Counted from the stretch's first letter, positions 1 through 10,342 are shown. The stretch is 57,391 nt of DNA from Candidatus Omnitrophota bacterium (GCA_035292445.1 DATDQB010000021.1:1-57391), one strand, 5' to 3'. Translations and numbers: made by a program. Notes: generated by a model not told the origin, from the sequence alone.

Positions 1-705
1 GAACGCGCCATCAATGTGCACGCCAACGTGGCCCCCGGCAAATCCCAGGCCGATGCGATCGTGCAAACGCAGAAAATCATCAAAGAAATTTTACCGGAAG
101 GTTACCGCGCCTCCTTCGGCGGCAACACGCAAACATTTCAGGAATCCTTCGGCAGCCTGTGGTTCGTCCTATGGCTGGGTATTTTGGTCGCGTACATGGT
201 CTTGGCCTCCCAATTCAACAGTTACAAGGACCCTTTTATTATTTTATTGTCGCTTCCCTTTAGCGTTACGGGAGCGCTTCTGGCGTTGTGGCTGACGAAC
301 CAATCGCTGAACATGTACAGCTTTATCGGGCTTGTTCTTCTCATGGGCATTGTTAAGAAGAATTCTATTCTTTTGGTTGAGTTCACCAACCAATTGCGCG
401 CGCAAGGCAAAAATGTCCATGAAGCGCTATTGGAAGCGTGCCCCATCCGTTTGCGTCCGATCCTGATGACGTCCATGGCCACCATTGCCGCGGCGCTTCC
501 GTTGGCGCTCGCGTTTGGCGCCGGGGCCGAGGCCCTTCGGCCGATGGCGATCACCGTTATAGGCGGGATGATCGTCTCAACGTTCTTTACGTTATTTGTG
601 ATTCCCGCCGTGTACAGCCTGACGGCTGTTTTTGAAAGAAAGAAATATGACCGGCCATCCGCTTATCTTGAGAATTCTTCCGATTCTACCTTAATAAGAC
701 ATTGA
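1..705 (+). CDS. RND efflux transporter permease subunit (AcrB/AcrD/AcrF family), C-terminal part, 5'-truncated by the window edge
   Basis: Frame open from base 1. Motifs LASQFNSYKDPFIILLSLP, GIVKKNSILLVEF and ACPIRLRPILMTS are typical of the AcrB-family C-terminal TM helices. Confidence 0.93.
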   Translation, partial: ERAINVHANVAPGKSQADAIVQTQKIIKEILPEGYRASFGGNTQTFQESFGSLWFVLWLGILVAYMVLASQFNSYKDPFIILLSLPFSVTGALLALWLTNQSLNMYSFIGLVLLMGIVKKNSILLVEFTNQLRAQGKNVHEALLEACPIRLRPILMTSMATIAAALPLALAFGAGAEALRPMAITVIGGMIVSTFFTLFVIPAVYSLTAVFERKKYDRPSAYLENSSDSTLIRH

Positions 706-1418
706 GCAATTTCCTTCTTGAAAAATTCATCGATCTACTAAGTTCTGAGCCGCGGGGGAAAGTGCTGGATATCGGCTGCGGCGACGGCGATTACGCGCTT
801 GCGCTTCATCAGCTCGGTTTCGATGTGCTGGCCGCCGACATGGATGAAGCGCGGTTCAAATACAAAGATAAGATCAAATTCCAAAAATGTAACGTGGCAG
901 AGAAATTACCATTTAAGGACGGTTCGTTTAAATACATCGTGCTGGCGGAGGTTGTCGAGCATTTGAAGAATCCTTATGAGGTGATGGGAGAATTAAAGCG
1001 GATCTTGAAACCGGGCGGGAAACTCATCCTTTCGACGCCGAACATTTTGAACCTCAAGTCAAGAATGAGGTATTTGGTGGAAGGTTGTTGGGAATATTTC
1101 AGGGAGCCCTTGATAGAAAATTCTAAAAATCCCAGAATGGTCATTTGGAATTTGCATGTCATCCCCTGGAGATATCATGAATTGGAATATCTTCTTTATC
1201 ATTCGGGTTTGGCCATCGAAACAATAGCCACCAGCAGGCACCGCGGGCTTGGCTTATGTTTTCTCATCCCGCTCATTAAGTTGCAATTATACTTGAAAGC
1301 CCGCCGCGCCCGAAGCAAGGGAAATGTGGATTATATGAGGATCAATAAGATACTATCATCCAAGGATATGCTTTTCGGCGAGCATCTTGTCATCAAGGCC
1401 GTTAAAAAGATGGTTTAG
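702..1418 (+). CDS. Class I SAM-dependent methyltransferase
   Basis: VLDIGCGDG motif I, LPFKDGSF, EVVEHL, LKPGGKLILSTPN. TTG start overlaps the upstream TGA. Confidence 0.88.
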   Translation: MSNFLLEKFIDLLSSEPRGKVLDIGCGDGDYALALHQLGFDVLAADMDEARFKYKDKIKFQKCNVAEKLPFKDGSFKYIVLAEVVEHLKNPYEVMGELKRILKPGGKLILSTPNILNLKSRMRYLVEGCWEYFREPLIENSKNPRMVIWNLHVIPWRYHELEYLLYHSGLAIETIATSRHRGLGLCFLIPLIKLQLYLKARRARSKGNVDYMRINKILSSKDMLFGEHLVIKAVKKMV

Positions 1419-1422
1419 ACAG

Positions 1423-2190
1423 ATGAAGAATGAAAATATTTTAGAAATAATAAAGGTGTTTCTAAAATTGGGCTGTTCGGCCTTTGGGGGCCCCGTGGCT
1501 CACATCGCCATTTTGGGTGGCGGACTTTTGGGCATGATCCTTTTACGTTTTAAGGAACGAAGGAGCGATTAGAAATCGGCTTTCGCATTGCTCCCTTGGG
1601 GCGGTTTTGTAAAATTTAAAACGATTCCTTTGTTGGCAGCCTTTTCTCCCATCGTTGTTCAAGGCGTTTCACTTCCGGTATTGTTTTTAACGTTCCTTAA
1701 GATAGGTTTTGTCCTTTTTGGAAGCGGCTATGTCCTGATCGCTTATTTGGAAGGCGATTTTGTCAACAGGCTCGGATGGCTGACGCACCAGCAGCTGTTG
1801 GACGCGGTCGCCATCGGCCAGTTCACACCGGGGCCTGTATTGTCAACGGCGACTTTTATCGGGTATATCCTTCAGGGATTTTCGGGGGCTGTCATGGCAA
1901 CGGTCGCGATTTTTTTGCCGGCTTTTATTCTGGTCGCGCTCCTTAATCCCTTGATCCCGAAGATGCGCCGATCCAAATGGATGTCAAGCTTCTTGGATGC
2001 CGTCAATGTCAGTGCGGTCGGTATTATGGCGGCGGTGACGGTGATGTTATTTCGAGCCACCGCTTCCGATTGGAAAACCGCCTTGATAGCGCTAGCCAGC
2101 ATCGCGGTCACGTTACGATTTAAGAAGATAGGTTCTTTGTGGATCGTTTTGGGCGGCGCTTTGCTGGGTTATGTTTTTCGTTTGTTTTAA
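1423..2190 (+). pseudogene. chrA: Chromate efflux transporter (ChrA family), disrupted: internal deletion in the N-terminal half plus an in-frame TAG at 1570-1572
   Basis: N-terminal FLKLGCSAFGGPVAHIA jumps directly to LGGGLLG. The C-terminal half (FLKIGFVLFGSGYVL, AIGQFTPGP) is intact and in the same frame after a single TAG. Confidence 0.8.
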
Positions 2191-2215
2191 ATTTTGATAT
2201 TTTTCATTCAATATT

Positions 2216-2243
2216 TTGACAGCCCTGTATCTGAGGATATAAT
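2216..2243 (+). promoter_or_regulatory. Sigma70-type promoter of the SulP gene
   Basis: TTGACA (2216-2221), 16-bp spacer, TATAAT (2238-2243). Confidence 0.6.
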
Positions 2244-2314
2244 AGATTCATTGCCTTCATGGCTACCCATCGTTTAGAGGTAGAAATGGAGGATTTTTTC
2301 TTTATGGGGAATTG

Positions 2315-3973
2315 ATGGAAAGAACATTTGAACCAAAACTTATTTCTGTTTTAAAAGAAGGTTATACGCCACAGCTATTGGTTAAAGACCTGATCGCCGG
2401 AATTATCGTAGGCATCGTGGCGCTGCCGCTTTCGATCGCCTTTGCGATCGCATCCGGTGTCAAGCCCGAGCAGGGGTTGATTACGGCGGTTGTTGCCGGC
2501 TTTTTGATCTCGGCGTTGAGCGGAAGCCGTTTTCAGATCGGCGGGCCCACAGGGGCCTTCATCGTCATTGTTTATGACATCGTGCAAAAGTACGGTTACG
2601 ATGGGTTGGCAGTGGCCACTGTCATGGCGGGGGTATTGCTCATCGTGATGGGCCTCGCCCGCATGGGCGATGTCATTAAGTTCATTCCCTATCCGGTGAC
2701 GGTCGGTTTCACCAGCGGCATCGCCTTGATCATTTTTACCACCCAGATCCATGATTTTCTCGGGTTACGGCTAATGCATACCCCCGAACATTTTATCGAT
2801 AAATGGCTGATCTATCTGCAGCATCTCGCGCATGTTGATGGGGCGGCGATAAGTTTGGGAGTCGTCACCATTTTGCTTATTATTTACTTGCCGCGGCTGA
2901 CGCACCATGTACCGGCTGCGTTGGTTGCGATTATCCTGACGACCGTTGCCGTAAATATTTTCCATCTTCCCGTTGATACGATCGGCAGCCGTTTCGGTGC
3001 GGTAAGTAACAGTTTTACCCCGCCTCGCTTTCCTTCCATCAACCTGGATCTTTTGATGAAAATGTCCTCTCCGGCGCTAACGATCGCGCTTTTGGCCGGC
3101 ATCGAATCGTTGCTTTCGGCGGTCGTTGCCGACGGGATGACAGGCCGGCGCCACCGCTCCAACATGGAGCTGGTGGCCCAGGGGGTGGCTAATATCGTTT
3201 CTCCTCTTTGGGGCGGTATCCCGGCGACCGGCGCTATCGCCCGCACCGCGACCAACATTAAATTGGGAGGCGCAACGCCCGTTGCCGGCATCATCCATGC
3301 GGCTACCGTTCTTTTTATCTTTCTTTTCTTCGCGCCTTTTGCGGCCATGATCCCCATGGCGACATTGGCGGGGATATTGATCATGGTGGCCTATCATATG
3401 AGCGAATGGAAGTTGTTCGCCAAATTATTGCGCAGCCCTAAAAGCGATATCCTTGTTTTATTGACGACCTTTTTACTGACCGTGTTGGTGGATCTGACGG
3501 TGGCCATTGAAGTGGGTGTTGTTTTGGCCGCGTTCTTATTTATGCGCCGCATGGTGGCCGTCACCCAGGTGGGTTTTATTTCAGCGTCTGATGAAGAAGA
3601 AGGGGGGGACGCCATGGCCACGTTTAGAAAGAATATTCCGGAGGGCGTTGAAGTGTTCGAGATCAACGGGCCGTTTTTCTTCGGCGCGGCGGATAAGTTC
3701 CGGGATACCATGCGCGAGTTGGAGGAGCCGCCTCAAGTATTGATCTTGCGCATGCGCTTTGTTCCGGCGATGGATGCTACCGGTCTTCGGGCGCTGGAGG
3801 ATCTGATCGAAAAGTGCGAAAAAGATAAAGTCCGCGTCATCCTTTCGGGGCTACAGGCCCAGCCCAAAAAAGTTTTGACCGTCAACGGCTTGTTGCAGCG
3901 CATCGGCAAAGATAATATTTGCGTCGATATAGATGAAGCGCTGTTGCGTTCCAAGCAAGTGTTGAAAAAATAA
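2315..3973 (+). CDS. SulP (SLC26) family anion permease with C-terminal STAS domain
   Basis: DLIAGIIVGIVALPLSIAFAIASG, GGSRFQIGGPTG-type motif, and a STAS-like C-terminus (GPFFFGAA, MDATGLRAL). Confidence 0.93.
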   Translation: MERTFEPKLISVLKEGYTPQLLVKDLIAGIIVGIVALPLSIAFAIASGVKPEQGLITAVVAGFLISALSGSRFQIGGPTGAFIVIVYDIVQKYGYDGLAVATVMAGVLLIVMGLARMGDVIKFIPYPVTVGFTSGIALIIFTTQIHDFLGLRLMHTPEHFIDKWLIYLQHLAHVDGAAISLGVVTILLIIYLPRLTHHVPAALVAIILTTVAVNIFHLPVDTIGSRFGAVSNSFTPPRFPSINLDLLMKMSSPALTIALLAGIESLLSAVVADGMTGRRHRSNMELVAQGVANIVSPLWGGIPATGAIARTATNIKLGGATPVAGIIHAATVLFIFLFFAPFAAMIPMATLAGILIMVAYHMSEWKLFAKLLRSPKSDILVLLTTFLLTVLVDLTVAIEVGVVLAAFLFMRRMVAVTQVGFISASDEEEGGDAMATFRKNIPEGVEVFEINGPFFFGAADKFRDTMRELEEPPQVLILRMRFVPAMDATGLRALEDLIEKCEKDKVRVILSGLQAQPKKVLTVNGLLQRIGKDNICVDIDEALLRSKQVLKK

Positions 3974-4036
3974 TCATCCTTCATATAATTCAATCCCTTT
4001 GTTTATCTTCCCGCCCATCCTGATATAATACAATTA

Positions 4037-5251
4037 ATGTTTCCGAAAAATTTCCTATGGGGAGCGACCACCTCCAGCCATCAAATTGAGGGCTCCAATT
4101 TCAATAACGATTGGTGGGAGTGGGAACAAAAGGGGCGCACCAAAGACCCTTCGGGGGACGCCTGCCGTTCGTATACACTTTACGAAAAAGATTTCGATCT
4201 TGCCCAACAGCTCAACCACAACGCCCATCGGCTTTCCATCGAATGGAGCCGCATCGAGCCTGCTGAAGGCAAGATCAACCAGGAGGAGCTGCGGCATTAC
4301 AAGAAGGTGATAGCAGTCCTCAAAGCCCGTGGGATAGAGCCGATTGTGACGGTCCATCATTTCACCAACCCGGGCTGGTTCAGTTATCTCGGCGGTTGGT
4401 TAAACGATAGAGCGCATAAATATTTTTCTTTTTTCATCGATACGCTTACCGAATGTTTTAAAGATGATGTGCGTTATTGGATCACCATCAATGAGCCTAT
4501 GGTGCTCGCCTGGCATAGTTATCATTTGGGCGTCTGGCCGCCGGGAGAGAAATCTTTCCTGAAAATGTGGCGGGCGCTCAACAATATGCTCAAAGCCCAT
4601 AATATCGCTTACCAAAAGATCCATAAGGTTTATCAAAAACGCACTGCCATCAAGCCGATGGTGGGCATCGCGACCAATTTAAGGCCGTTTTATGTATGCC
4701 CCAAGACCAACAACATGCCCGTGCATGTGGGGGTATTCTTTCGCCATCGGATGTATAACATGTATTCGTTGGATAAGATCAAGCGGCATATGGATTTCAT
4801 CGGCGTCAATTATTACGAAGGGGAATATAACAGCAGCGACCCGGAATTGAAGTTGCCCTATTTCGGCGGCAATTGCACGTACCTTCACGGGCATAACCCG
4901 CACGCCAATCAGCTGGGCTGGCATTTTGATCCCAACGGGCTGTATGAAACGATGAAGTGGCTCAAAAAATATAAACGCCCCATTTTCATCACCGAAAACG
5001 GCACTTGCGAAGAAGATGACAGCTGGCGCATCAAATTTATCGATGAACACCTAAAAAGGGTGGAGAAGGCCATCGCAGAGGGCATCAATGTCATAGGGTA
5101 CCTTCATTGGTCGCTGTTGGACAATTTCGAGTGGCATCACGGGTTCGCTCCGCGTTTCGGCTTGATCGAGGTGGACTATAAGACCTATGAGCGGCGCATT
5201 AAACCAAGCGCGCTGCATCTGGCCCGGATCATTAAAGCAGGTAAAGTGTGA
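4037..5251 (+). CDS. Glycoside hydrolase family 1 (beta-glucosidase-like)
   Basis: FLWGATTSSHQIEG, acid/base motif TINEP, nucleophile motif FITENG, WSLLDNFEW. Confidence 0.93.
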   Translation: MFPKNFLWGATTSSHQIEGSNFNNDWWEWEQKGRTKDPSGDACRSYTLYEKDFDLAQQLNHNAHRLSIEWSRIEPAEGKINQEELRHYKKVIAVLKARGIEPIVTVHHFTNPGWFSYLGGWLNDRAHKYFSFFIDTLTECFKDDVRYWITINEPMVLAWHSYHLGVWPPGEKSFLKMWRALNNMLKAHNIAYQKIHKVYQKRTAIKPMVGIATNLRPFYVCPKTNNMPVHVGVFFRHRMYNMYSLDKIKRHMDFIGVNYYEGEYNSSDPELKLPYFGGNCTYLHGHNPHANQLGWHFDPNGLYETMKWLKKYKRPIFITENGTCEEDDSWRIKFIDEHLKRVEKAIAEGINVIGYLHWSLLDNFEWHHGFAPRFGLIEVDYKTYERRIKPSALHLARIIKAGKV

Positions 5252-5967
5252 TGAAGCCCAATACGGGGGAGTTTATCACCTTTGGAGCGGCGCATATCGC
5301 CGCTTTAAGTCTCATTCTTGTGGTTGCCTTGATATTGGTTTTTTTGGCGCGTTTTGAGAAAGCCAAAGAATTGATCAAGCCTGTCCGTTATACGTTGGCC
5401 GCTGTTTTAATCGGCAACGAGTTGATCTATATCGTCGGCCTTTTGGCAAAAGGATTATGGACGTACAAATGGGGCTTGCCTTTACAATTGTGCGACTTGG
5501 CGATCTTCGCGGTCGTGTTTTCTCTTATAAGGCATAACCAGTTTATCTGGGAGATCGCTTATTTTTGGGGATTGGGCGGCACGCTGCAGGCGCTTTTAAC
5601 GCCGGATCTGCGCGTCGGTTTTCCCGATTATATATTTTTTAAATTTTTCCTGACGCACGGATGTATCATCATCGGCGTTTTTTTATTGGCCGCGGGTATT
5701 CAAAGGCCCATCTTTTCCAGATCCGTCAGGCGGATCTTTATCGTGACGAACGTGTATGCCGGCTTTATCGCTTTGTTTAATTGGCTGTTTGATGCCAATT
5801 ACCTTTATCTGTGCCGCAAACCCACCCAGCCGTCGGCCCTTGATTTCTTCGGGCCCTGGCCGGTTTATTTGCTTGGGCTTGAGCTGATGTTGATCGTTTC
5901 CTTAATGATTTATTATTCGCCTTATTATTTTCTGGCCCAAAAGCGCGGAGTCGGCCAGCCTCTTTAA
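5248..5967 (+). CDS. TIGR02206 / YwaF-like integral membrane protein
   Basis: LPLQLCD, YFWGLGGTLQALLTPD, FFLTHG, NYLYLCRKP and GPWPVY motifs. Confidence 0.82.
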   Translation: MMKPNTGEFITFGAAHIAALSLILVVALILVFLARFEKAKELIKPVRYTLAAVLIGNELIYIVGLLAKGLWTYKWGLPLQLCDLAIFAVVFSLIRHNQFIWEIAYFWGLGGTLQALLTPDLRVGFPDYIFFKFFLTHGCIIIGVFLLAAGIQRPIFSRSVRRIFIVTNVYAGFIALFNWLFDANYLYLCRKPTQPSALDFFGPWPVYLLGLELMLIVSLMIYYSPYYFLAQKRGVGQPL

Positions 5968-5971
5968 AATT

Positions 5972-7909
5972 ATGCAATACGATCCCTTCCAGCAGCAGGC
6001 CATTGACTATATTAATGAAGGGTACTCGGTCATTGTTGCCGCGCCGACGGGGGCTGGCAAGACGGCCATTGCCGAGCATGTGATCGAGGAATGTCTCAAC
6101 AAGGGCAAGAAGGTCATCTATACCGCGCCCATCAAAGCGCTTTCCAATCAGAAGTACCGCGATTTTCAGGAGAACACCCACCATCATGTCGGTATCTTAA
6201 CGGGCGATGTCAGCTTAAACCCCGAAGCGGATGTCCTTATCATGACGACCGAGATCTTCCGCAATAAGGTCCTCGAAGACCGCCGGTCGCTGGATGCCTA
6301 CAGCTGGATCGTCTTCGATGAGATCCATTATATCGACGATTTCGAACGCGGCAGCGTCTGGGAAGAATCCCTGATCTTTTTGCCCGAGCACATGAAGGTG
6401 CTGGGCCTATCGGCCACCATCCCCAATATTGATGAGCTGAGCCAATGGATCCAATCCATCCATCAGAAAGAAGTTAAGGTGGTCAAAGAGGACAAGCGTC
6501 CCGTGCCGTTGCATTTTTATTTTCAATGCCAAAATAAGGTATATGATGACTTTAAAAAGCTGACCAGGTTTGGTTTCCAGGGGATGGAGTCCTACATGCG
6601 CAGAGGCGGCAAAGTGCCGCATTATGTGCGGCTGCGGCCCAATCAACTCCATCCGCTGATCGATCATTTGAGTAAATATGATCTGCTGCCGTGCATTTAT
6701 TTTGTATTTTCCCGCCGCAAGACCGAATTGCTGGCCGGGGAGCTGAAGGCGTATGATTTTCTCAAGGATGAGGAACCCAAGCAAATACGCGAGCTGTTCG
6801 ATCAACTGTGCCGGCGTTTTGATCTGCAAGATGAGGAAAGCGCCAAACAGATACGTCCTCTGGTCCTGCGCGGTATTGCGTACCATCACGCGGGGATGTT
6901 GCCCACACTTAAGGAAGTGGTGGAACGGTTATTCACGAGCCGTCTGATCAAGGTCATTTTCACGACCGAAACTTTCGCGCTTGGGATCAACATGCCGGCG
7001 CGCACCGTCGCCTTTGATGAGGTACGCAAATATTACGGCGGCGAGGGGCCCAACGCCTTTGCCGTTTTGCGAACCCGGGATTTTTATCAGATGGCCGGAC
7101 GCGCGGGGCGCCGCGGCATCGATGTCGAGGGTTTTGTCTTTACGCGTATCAATCCGCATGACATCGGCCCGCAGCGGCTCCATGATATGATCTACGGCAA
7201 GCCCGAAAGGATCAATTCGCAGTTCAACAGTTCTTATGCGACCATCCTGAACCTCTATCAACATTACGGCGAAAATCTTTATGACATTTATCCCCGATCG
7301 TTCCATTACTATCAGGTCAGGCCGTTTTTGCGTAAGCGCGCGCTGGATCATATGAAGGCCAAAGTCAACCTTCTTAAAGAGCTTCGTTTTATTGAGGACG
7401 GGCGTTTATCAAGAAAAGGGCAATTCGCGGCGCAAGTTTACGGTTATGAGCTTATCCTTTCCGAGCTCTATGATACCAACGTCCTGGAGCAGATCAGCGA
7501 AGCCGAAGTGGGGGTGTTGGCCTTGGCGTGCGTGTTTGAAGCAAGAAAGGGGACGACGAAACCGCCTTTGAGCCATAAGGCTGATTCCTTGGAATCGCTG
7601 ACGCGCCGGGTGATGAAGCAGATCAACAAGGTGGAACGCACCTATGGGCTGCGCGATTACACCAAACGCTACCATTTTCATCTTTCGCCAGCGATGGAGG
7701 CGTGGATCAAGGGTGCGAGCTTCGATGAGATCCTCAAGGAGACCGAGGCCGATGAGGGGGAGATCGTCCGCGCCTTTCGGATGTGCATCCAGGTCCTTAA
7801 CGAGATCGCCCAGGCGCCGGTCAGTCATGTTTTAAAGAGTAAAATCTATTCCTTGAAAGATAAGATCAACCGCGACGTGATCGATTCCGAGAAGCAGCTG
7901 CGCCGGTAA
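5972..7909 (+). CDS. DEAD/DEAH-box RNA helicase, Ski2/HelY-like
   Basis: APTGAGKT, APIKALSNQKY, DEIH, SAT, HHAGM and QMAGRAGRRG, plus a DSHCT-like C-terminus (EGEIVR). Confidence 0.93.
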   Translation: MQYDPFQQQAIDYINEGYSVIVAAPTGAGKTAIAEHVIEECLNKGKKVIYTAPIKALSNQKYRDFQENTHHHVGILTGDVSLNPEADVLIMTTEIFRNKVLEDRRSLDAYSWIVFDEIHYIDDFERGSVWEESLIFLPEHMKVLGLSATIPNIDELSQWIQSIHQKEVKVVKEDKRPVPLHFYFQCQNKVYDDFKKLTRFGFQGMESYMRRGGKVPHYVRLRPNQLHPLIDHLSKYDLLPCIYFVFSRRKTELLAGELKAYDFLKDEEPKQIRELFDQLCRRFDLQDEESAKQIRPLVLRGIAYHHAGMLPTLKEVVERLFTSRLIKVIFTTETFALGINMPARTVAFDEVRKYYGGEGPNAFAVLRTRDFYQMAGRAGRRGIDVEGFVFTRINPHDIGPQRLHDMIYGKPERINSQFNSSYATILNLYQHYGENLYDIYPRSFHYYQVRPFLRKRALDHMKAKVNLLKELRFIEDGRLSRKGQFAAQVYGYELILSELYDTNVLEQISEAEVGVLALACVFEARKGTTKPPLSHKADSLESLTRRVMKQINKVERTYGLRDYTKRYHFHLSPAMEAWIKGASFDEILKETEADEGEIVRAFRMCIQVLNEIAQAPVSHVLKSKIYSLKDKINRDVIDSEKQLRR

Positions 7910-8003
7910 CGGTTAAACGCTGTTCGTTGATTTAGGGGCCGCGTCGTTATTTTTTTGCCTCGAGGATGACACGCCCGATACGCTTTGGTATAATGAAACC
8001 GTT

Positions 8004-8477
8004 ATGAGACAGGACCTACGCTTATACCTCAGCGCGTTTTTATCGTTACTTTTTGTCTTCGCCACTCCCTGTTTGTTGCAAGCCCATCCGCATAACGGCC
8101 GTTTGAAAATCGTGATAACCGGTTTCGCTTCCGATCAAGGTGTTGTTAAGATCGGGCTTGTCAGCACCAAGGAAGCTTTTGAAGCCAGAAGGTCCGTTAA
8201 GGAAGGGTATACCGGCGTTACGGTGGATATCAAGGACGGGAAGATCGAATACGTTTTTGAAGGCATCCCTTACGGCGAATATGCCATTAAATATTATCAC
8301 GATGAAAACGGCAACGACCGATTGGATGCAAATTTTTTAGGCATCCCCAAAGAGCGGTATGGTTTCTCCAATAATGCACGGGCGCTTTTGGGCCCTCCCA
8401 GTTTTGAAAGGGCGAAATTCATTTTTAAGGACGACGACATGGTGCATGCGATGAAAATAGCAGAGGGAGATTCTTGA
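8004..8477 (+). CDS. DUF2141-family exported protein
   Basis: Signal peptide; GEYAIKYYHDENGNDRLD and GIPKERYGFSNN motifs. Confidence 0.82.
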   Translation: MRQDLRLYLSAFLSLLFVFATPCLLQAHPHNGRLKIVITGFASDQGVVKIGLVSTKEAFEARRSVKEGYTGVTVDIKDGKIEYVFEGIPYGEYAIKYYHDENGNDRLDANFLGIPKERYGFSNNARALLGPPSFERAKFIFKDDDMVHAMKIAEGDS

Positions 8478-8478
8478 T

Positions 8479-8769
8479 ATGAAGCGCCAAGGGGATTTGC
8501 TGATCATCCGCGTTGAGCGTATCCCATCGGGCGCGCGGCCCCAAAATACCCGTATCCTCGCTGAAGGGGAGGCGACGGGGCATTTGCATGAGCTGGCAGG
8601 CGGCGAGGTTTATGAAAAGCAGGGAACCCTTTTCTTTAAGATCGGCCACGGGATGGAAGTGGAGCTGACCCATCCCGAGCATCAGACGCTGGTTTTTACC
8701 CCCGGCACGTACAAAGTTGTCCGCCAGCGCGAATACGAGCCCGAAGGATGGCGTTATGTTAGCGATTAA
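8479..8769 (+). CDS. Small 'RQGD' hypothetical protein (phage-associated type)
   Basis: RQGDLL start, LAEGEATGHLH, HPEH and PGTYKVVRQREY. Coupled to the downstream gene. Confidence 0.7.
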   Translation: MKRQGDLLIIRVERIPSGARPQNTRILAEGEATGHLHELAGGEVYEKQGTLFFKIGHGMEVELTHPEHQTLVFTPGTYKVVRQREYEPEGWRYVSD

Positions 8770-9625
8770 TAAAGTTTATGCATTGTTGGAAGAAACCCAT
8801 CGAAAGGGACAGTTGTTTATCCAAATATCCCCGTTTGATCCTTCCTTGGTGATTAATATCGGCCTACACCCCAACGCTCGAGAGAAATTTCGTTATACGA
8901 TAAAAAACGGACGTTTGCACGGACTCGGCCGCCTTTGGTACGACACGGGCCAGCTGGAGCGGGAAGACCCATTCCATAAAGGCGTGCTTCACGGCGCGCA
9001 GCGCAGCTGGTACCGCAACGGCCAGATCAAGACCGAGATCAATATTATGAACAATCAATATCACGGCATCCGCCGGGAATGGTATCCATCGGGGCAGCTG
9101 ATGCTGGAGTGCGTTTACCGGATGAACAGGCTGGAGGAGACCTTAACGGAATGGCATCCCAACGCTTTGCTCAAGGAGCGCGGCCGTTATCGGGAAGGCC
9201 TACGCCATGGCATTTGGCAGGAATATGATGATGAAGGGCGCCGGGCGGTCAAACAGCTTTATGTGCGGGGCATGCGTTATACTGGGCGCGCTAAACGGCT
9301 TTTGGATTCCGGAAAAATTTACGCCAAAGATATTATTCGCTGCCAGAATACGGCGTTACGCCGGATCCTTTTGGAGGAATTTGGATTAGAGCGTTTTCTG
9401 GCTCAAATGAAAGGTGAAATTCTCGATCGCGACGGCGAGCAGGAATTGGTCAAGATCAATTGGCGTAAGGATGAAGAGCCTCTGGTGCTCGTGAAGGTCA
9501 GGTGTCCGTCAACGTCTGTTTTTTATACGCTGCGTGTGCCGCCAACCGTCAAGACCGTCCGCGAAGCCATCGCTTGGACGTTTGGGTTGGAAGCGGAAGT
9601 TTATGTACTCGAGGAGGAAAGTTAA
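8756..9625 (+). CDS. MORN-variant repeat (YwqK-like) protein fused to a DUF6745-like C-terminal domain
   Basis: Repeats such as LHGLGRLWYDTGQL, LHGAQRSWYRNGQI and YHGIRREWYPSGQL. C-terminus NTALRRILLE...VKVRCPST...LRVPP...REAIAWTFG. Confidence 0.7.
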   Translation: MLAINKVYALLEETHRKGQLFIQISPFDPSLVINIGLHPNAREKFRYTIKNGRLHGLGRLWYDTGQLEREDPFHKGVLHGAQRSWYRNGQIKTEINIMNNQYHGIRREWYPSGQLMLECVYRMNRLEETLTEWHPNALLKERGRYREGLRHGIWQEYDDEGRRAVKQLYVRGMRYTGRAKRLLDSGKIYAKDIIRCQNTALRRILLEEFGLERFLAQMKGEILDRDGEQELVKINWRKDEEPLVLVKVRCPSTSVFYTLRVPPTVKTVREAIAWTFGLEAEVYVLEEES

Positions 9626-10200
9626 TGAATGAGATCATCTTAAGTTTTATTCCTATTTTTGTGGCAATGGACGCTATCGGGGTGTTGCCGCTTTTTGTGG
9701 CGTTAACGCATCAATGGAAACGGCCCGCCTTGAAAAAGGTCATTTTTCAGTCCCTGGGAACGGCCCTTTTCCTGGCGTTTGGGTTTGTCCTTTTAGGAAA
9801 AATGCTTTTTAGAGTGTTGGGGATCACCGTGGGGGATTTCATGGTGGCCGGCGGGATCATCCTTTTTTGTATCGCCATCATCGACATTATCCAGCCCGGG
9901 AAGATGCGCCGGATGCCCCCCGAAGAGCTTGGGCCCGTGCCTTTGGGTACGCCTTTGATCGTTGGGCCTGCGGTCTTGACCACCTCGCTCATCCTGGTGG
10001 ACACCTATGGCATTATCCCTACGCTCATTTCCATTGTTCTTAACATCGCCATTACCGGGACCCTTTTTCTTCAGGCGGGCAATGTCATGAAACTCTTGGG
10101 TCAGTCCGGAAGCCGGGCGTTGTCCAAGGTGATGGCCCTGCTTTTGGCAGCCATTGCGATCATGATGGTACGCAAAGGATTGGCCCAAATTTTCCTTTAG
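9625..10200 (+). CDS. MarC family inner membrane protein
   Basis: FIPIFVAMDAIG, VAGGIILF, VPLGTPLIVGPA. TAATG overlap with the upstream stop. Confidence 0.88.
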   Translation: MNEIILSFIPIFVAMDAIGVLPLFVALTHQWKRPALKKVIFQSLGTALFLAFGFVLLGKMLFRVLGITVGDFMVAGGIILFCIAIIDIIQPGKMRRMPPEELGPVPLGTPLIVGPAVLTTSLILVDTYGIIPTLISIVLNIAITGTLFLQAGNVMKLLGQSGSRALSKVMALLLAAIAIMMVRKGLAQIFL

Positions 10201-10342
10201 AGTATTTCAGCTTCAGCGGCAAAAATTAAATTGACAATGCTTTTAAAATACCAATAATATAAAGGTAACGGTGGACGAGCCACTTTCCGCGTGTTTTTAA
10301 AGCGGAATTGAAATTTTAACAAATACTAACAAGGAGCAACCC

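Noticed and set aside
1570-1572. Programmed amber read-through (pyrrolysine or recoding) in chrA; also the TAG at 29355
   Set aside because: Many normal genes here end in TAG, there are no pyl genes in the window, and chrA is already damaged by a deletion.
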